Shown here one piece after another: positions 33,982-36,626 of a stretch of 36,626 nt of DNA (positions within the stretch are counted from its first letter, which is position 1; each line of letters opens with the position of its first letter). The notes below the pieces were generated by a model. That model was not told the origin of the DNA. It did not search any database and saw only the letters and a list, made by a program, of their open reading frames with translations. The DNA is from Actinomycetota bacterium (lineage in GTDB: Bacteria > Actinomycetota > CADDZG01 > JAHWKV01 > JAOPZY01). The DNA is taken from positions 1-36,626 of the forward strand of contig DAIQBQ010000001.1 in NCBI GenBank assembly GCA_036781065.1, written 5' to 3'. The position numbers were made by a program, and so were the translations under genes.

Positions 33982-34388
33982 GCCATCGGCGGTTGGGGGC
34001 GGTCGCCGCTGCAGCACTCGCGCTGGTTTCGGTCCTCGGGCTAAGCGGCTGTGCCGGGCCGAGGAACTCGCTGGGGCCGAGCTCGACTGCCTGTTTCAAG
34101 GCACTGCCTCCGGCCTTCGACGCCGTCGGCCGGCAGGGCCACTATGCAGGTGTCCGGCAGGTCTCGGCGGCGACGCTGGCGAAGCGGCGGCCGGAGTTCG
34201 CTGGCCTGGGCAAGGAGACGATCTGCGTAGTGGCGTTCCGGGGAAACTACCCGCCGGGCTCGGTGAAGGGGGCGCCAGCAAACCGCTCGGGGGAGTACGC
34301 GCTGGTGGCCATCGACGCTAAGACCGACAAGGAAGTGGGGGCCACAATCGTGGCGAAGCTGCCGCTGCGGTTCCAACACCCGATTTAA
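33978..34388 (+). CDS. Small lipoprotein, function unknown
   Basis: The GTG overlaps the upstream stop (GTGA, 33978-33981). The signal peptide is SHRRLGAVAAAALALVSVLGLSGC, ending in a lipobox. 136 aa. Confidence 0.65.
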   Translation: MSHRRLGAVAAAALALVSVLGLSGCAGPRNSLGPSSTACFKALPPAFDAVGRQGHYAGVRQVSAATLAKRRPEFAGLGKETICVVAFRGNYPPGSVKGAPANRSGEYALVAIDAKTDKEVGATIVAKLPLRFQHPI

Positions 34389-34411
34389 CTTTAACGCTCG
34401 CGCCCTGGGCA

Positions 34412-34458
34412 AGGTTTGAAGCGTGACCCACACTCTGCGTAGGTGAACCTTCAAACCT
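34412..34458. terminator. 10-bp inverted repeat between convergent genes (candidate bidirectional terminator)
   Basis: AGGTTTGAAG (34412-34421) pairs with CTTCAAACCT (34449-34458) across a 27-nt loop. The right arm overlaps the stop codon of the small minus-strand ORF. Confidence 0.4.
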
Positions 34459-34591
34459 CGCTGAAAGGACGGGCGGCGACCTCCTTGGCCCGGTCCCCGT
34501 ACCGGCCTGACTCCTCGGCGGATTCCTTGATGTGCTCGTACTGGCGCTGCTCTTTGTCGCTGACACCGGGCAGGTGTTTGCCTTTTGGCAT
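34451..34591 (-). CDS. Small conserved basic/acidic protein (46 aa), not in the ORF track
   Basis: The ATG at 34591 lies 6 nt after GAAGGA. Product is MPKGKHLPGVSDKEQRQYEHIKESAEESGRYGDRAKEVAARPFSEV. It resembles a widespread small actinobacterial protein family (MP(K/R)G..., ...KQxRxxEHIxE...). GC3 is high. Confidence 0.55.
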   Translation of the reverse strand: MPKGKHLPGVSDKEQRQYEHIKESAEESGRYGDRAKEVAARPFSEV

Positions 34592-34711
34592 GGCTGTCCT
34601 TCTTCCGGTCCTCTTCGCCGGTCTTCTTCGCGGGTCTACCCGGCGCGGTCCGGAGCGGAAACCTGGAGCCGGCTCGGTGCCGGAGCGGCCGACGGCCGGG
34701 TAGCGGCGCCG

Positions 34712-35266
34712 CTAGCGAGCGGCGGGCAACTGCAGGACCAGCTCGGCGCCCCCGGGCTGGTGCCAGGCAAGCCGGTCGCTCTGGACCAGGTCCGGGGTCC
34801 CGTAACGTCGGATCAGCTCGATGGCAGCTTCCCGGGGCCCATCGGGCCAGGCGGCGAGTCCTTCCGGCCAGCGGCTGAGGGCCAGCTCGGCTGGCAGGTC
34901 GGCCTCGAACCATACCCGGGTGACGCCGTCGCGCTCGATGCCCCAGCGGCTGGAGATCTTGTCGAGCAGCCACAGCCCCGAACGGGCCTCGGGCGGGGCG
35001 TCGTCCGGCGGGCGCTGCAGGAACCCCCGGCCCGGGTCGGACACCTCCACCCGTACCGACGCGCTGCCGATCCGTGCCCACACATCGATGTGGTCGTCCC
35101 CGCTGAGCTCGGCGTGACGCACGCTGTTGGCGACCAGCTCGCTCACCAGGAGCTGCAGGTCGCCCATGAGGGTCGGCGGGAGGTCGGCGGCGAGCGCTGC
35201 AACCTGCCGGCGAGCTTCGCCCGGTGCCTGGCAGCTTGCGGGCAGGCGAATGTCGAGGTCCCTCAT
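34712..35266 (-). CDS. RsbW-like serine kinase (HATPase_c_2) with an extra ~70-aa C-terminal domain
   Basis: The ATG at 35266 begins MRDLDIRLPAS.... N-box is ELVANSVRHA, G1 is VSDPGRGF, G2 is SGLWLLDKIS. The C-terminal extension reads ELALSRWPEGLAAWPDGPREAAIELIRRYGTPDL.... Confidence 0.75.
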   Translation of the reverse strand: MRDLDIRLPASCQAPGEARRQVAALAADLPPTLMGDLQLLVSELVANSVRHAELSGDDHIDVWARIGSASVRVEVSDPGRGFLQRPPDDAPPEARSGLWLLDKISSRWGIERDGVTRVWFEADLPAELALSRWPEGLAAWPDGPREAAIELIRRYGTPDLVQSDRLAWHQPGGAELVLQLPAAR

Positions 35267-35449
35267 CTCGCAGACTGCTATACCCACCGGGGAGCGGGGC
35301 GAAGTCCGTGGCCGGCCTGGGGAGGCATACCGGTGGGGATTCGGGTCTCGGTTCGCCGGGTAGATCGCCAGTGAAAGGGGTGAAGAGCCATACCGCAACG
35401 CCCGCCCACCGACGGCAACGGGGTCAACAAGGGCCCCACCGTCGAGCAC

Positions 35450-35650
35450 ATGCGCCGGATCGTCGGCCTCTTCGCTGCCCTGGCCCGAGGCGACCGGCGG
35501 AGTATCTCCCAGCTGACCGGGGACATGACTCTGGAGCAGGGCGCGTATGCCTGCTTCGCGGTTGGGGAGTTGTTGATGCGCAGGCTGGTGGTGGCGTCAG
35601 GCAAGACGATCGAGGATGTCGCTGCCCAGCTGGCGCTTGAGATCCGCTGA
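35450..35650 (+). CDS. Hypothetical 66-aa protein
   Basis: ATG start and high GC3 across the ORF. The SD is weak. It lies on the opposite strand between the kinase and STAS genes. Confidence 0.4.
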   Translation: MRRIVGLFAALARGDRRSISQLTGDMTLEQGAYACFAVGELLMRRLVVASGKTIEDVAAQLALEIR

Positions 35651-35668
35651 CCGGGGCTGGCCCGCCAG

Positions 35669-36037
35669 TTAAGTCTCTCCTACCTCGATGTTGCTGACCT
35701 TCTCCAGGCCAACCAGTTCGAAGGTCCGGGCGACTGCCCGCTGCGGGCCGTGGAGGACGAGTCGGCCGTCTTCGCCCAGCGCGGCGGCGGCCCGGAGCAG
35801 GCTACGTAGGCCCATACTGTCAATGAAGCTGAGGTCGGTCAGGTCGAGGGTCAAGGTTGCGCCCTGAGACAGGTCGGGCCCGAGGTCGTCGAGCAGCGCC
35901 TCGGCATTGGAGGCGTCAAGCTCGCCGACCAGCCGCACCGTCCGGGCGTCGTTGTTCCGAATCACTTGCAGCAGACCGTCCACTTCGATGCGCCCTCCCC
36001 GTTCGCACAAGACCATATTCGATCGATGGACCGGCAC
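35669..36037 (-). CDS. STAS-domain anti-sigma-factor antagonist
   Basis: Contains VRLVGELDASNAEALLDDL...LDLTDLSFIDSMGLRSLLRAA, with a conserved Ser. The start is GTG 36037 or ATG 36016. Confidence 0.8.
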   Translation of the reverse strand: MPVHRSNMVLCERGGRIEVDGLLQVIRNNDARTVRLVGELDASNAEALLDDLGPDLSQGATLTLDLTDLSFIDSMGLRSLLRAAAALGEDGRLVLHGPQRAVARTFELVGLEKVSNIEVGET

Positions 36038-36127
36038 CCTTCGTACCGGGGGGTACCGGTCGGGCCAAATTCTAGAGGATGAGCCGCCCAGCTGGTCGCT
36101 CGCCGGGCCGCTGAGGGCACCCGAGGT

Positions 36128-36626
36128 TCACAGGCTGCGCGCGATCAGCTCGGCGTACGCCTGGCCTCCGGCCCCCCCGATCGCCATGTGGACGCCATCG
36201 CCGCCGAACCAATCGGGATTCTCGTCGGCGAGAGTGTTCCAATCGGCGACGGCGCAGTTCCGGTCCGCCGTGCATCCGGCCTCGATGACGGCGTTGTTGC
36301 CGGCGACCCAGGAACAGTACGGGCAGTGATTCGTGACCATGACCAGGTGGCGACCGGCGGCGATCGACACGATCTGGTCCAGCTCGCCCGAGCTGAAGGT
36401 CCCGTTGGTCCCCAGCGCGACCACCAGGTTGGCCCCGAGCGTGCCGCTGCCGGCCAGGCTCTGAATCTCGACGATGCCCTGGGACACGTGCCGGCTGACC
36501 GCGGCGTCGACGTCGATACCCGGGATCAGTGCCCGGAGGTTGGGGGCGGCGTCCAGCATCACCGAGTCACCGATCGCCGTGACGCTCCCGTCCGGGGGCG
36601 GGGCGGGGCTGGTTGGTGGGGGCGGG
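36128..36626 (-). CDS. SGNH/GDSL hydrolase domain protein (5'-truncated at the window edge)
   Basis: The frame stays open to the window end and reads ...APPPTSPAPPPDGSVTAIGDSVMLDAAPNL. Block I is GDS, followed by GTNG and block V DGVH. The Pro-rich linker upstream suggests either a C-terminal domain of a larger protein (for example an AT3-SGNH acyltransferase) or a secreted esterase. Confidence 0.7.
   Translation of the reverse strand, partial: PPPPTSPAPPPDGSVTAIGDSVMLDAAPNLRALIPGIDVDAAVSRHVSQGIVEIQSLAGSGTLGANLVVALGTNGTFSSGELDQIVSIAAGRHLVMVTNHCPYCSWVAGNNAVIEAGCTADRNCAVADWNTLADENPDWFGGDGVHMAIGGAGGQAYAELIARSL

Noticed and set aside
34041-35081. 346-aa minus-strand ORF spanning the lipoprotein gene, the small ORF and the kinase gene
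   Set aside because: The translation is Arg/Pro/Gly-rich with no motifs. It conflicts with three better-supported genes.

Overview
High-GC chromosomal segment, probably from an Actinomycetota genome. This is supported by a Bpa/PafE proteasome activator ending in GQYL, frequent GTG/TTG starts, candidate leaderless genes and 4-nt start/stop overlaps. I support about 41 protein-coding genes. I saw no rRNA, tRNA, CRISPR array, transposase or integrase.

Layout:
(1) 1-13.8 kb is a cell-envelope glycan locus. It holds a GDP-heptose-type nucleotide-sugar cassette (oxidoreductase, HddA-like kinase, HddC-like nucleotidyltransferase, SIS isomerase), an NDP-sugar dehydrogenase and an epimerase. It also holds two DPM1/GtrB-like GT2 enzymes, two polytopic membrane proteins, and a ~990-aa protein fusing a SAM methyltransferase, a ~140-aa proline-free coiled coil and two GT2 domains.
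(2) 14.0-18.7 kb is kdpFABC, preceded by an unlisted 50-aa membrane ORF and five helically phased ~11-bp direct repeats. No kdpDE is adjacent.
(3) 18.8-27.7 kb is mixed housekeeping: a Cys-rich lipoprotein with no usable in-frame start, an XRE-PBP regulator, GNAT, a HesB-like protein, a degenerate YchF-like ATPase, an Ig-repeat surface protein, pterin dehydratase coupled to bpa, a transglutaminase-like protein, a cupin and a TAP-type peptidase.
(4) 27.7-36.6 kb holds gnd-zwf downstream of a STAS/RsbW-like partner-switching module plus an unknown third protein. It also holds an L,D-transpeptidase, a flippase-like membrane protein, a lipoprotein, an unlisted 46-aa ORF, a second kinase/STAS pair and a 5'-truncated SGNH hydrolase.

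The most unusual element is the methyltransferase-coiled-coil-GT2-GT2 fusion, a candidate single-chain polymerase/ruler/terminator. All functional calls rest on motif recognition by eye; no database search was run.
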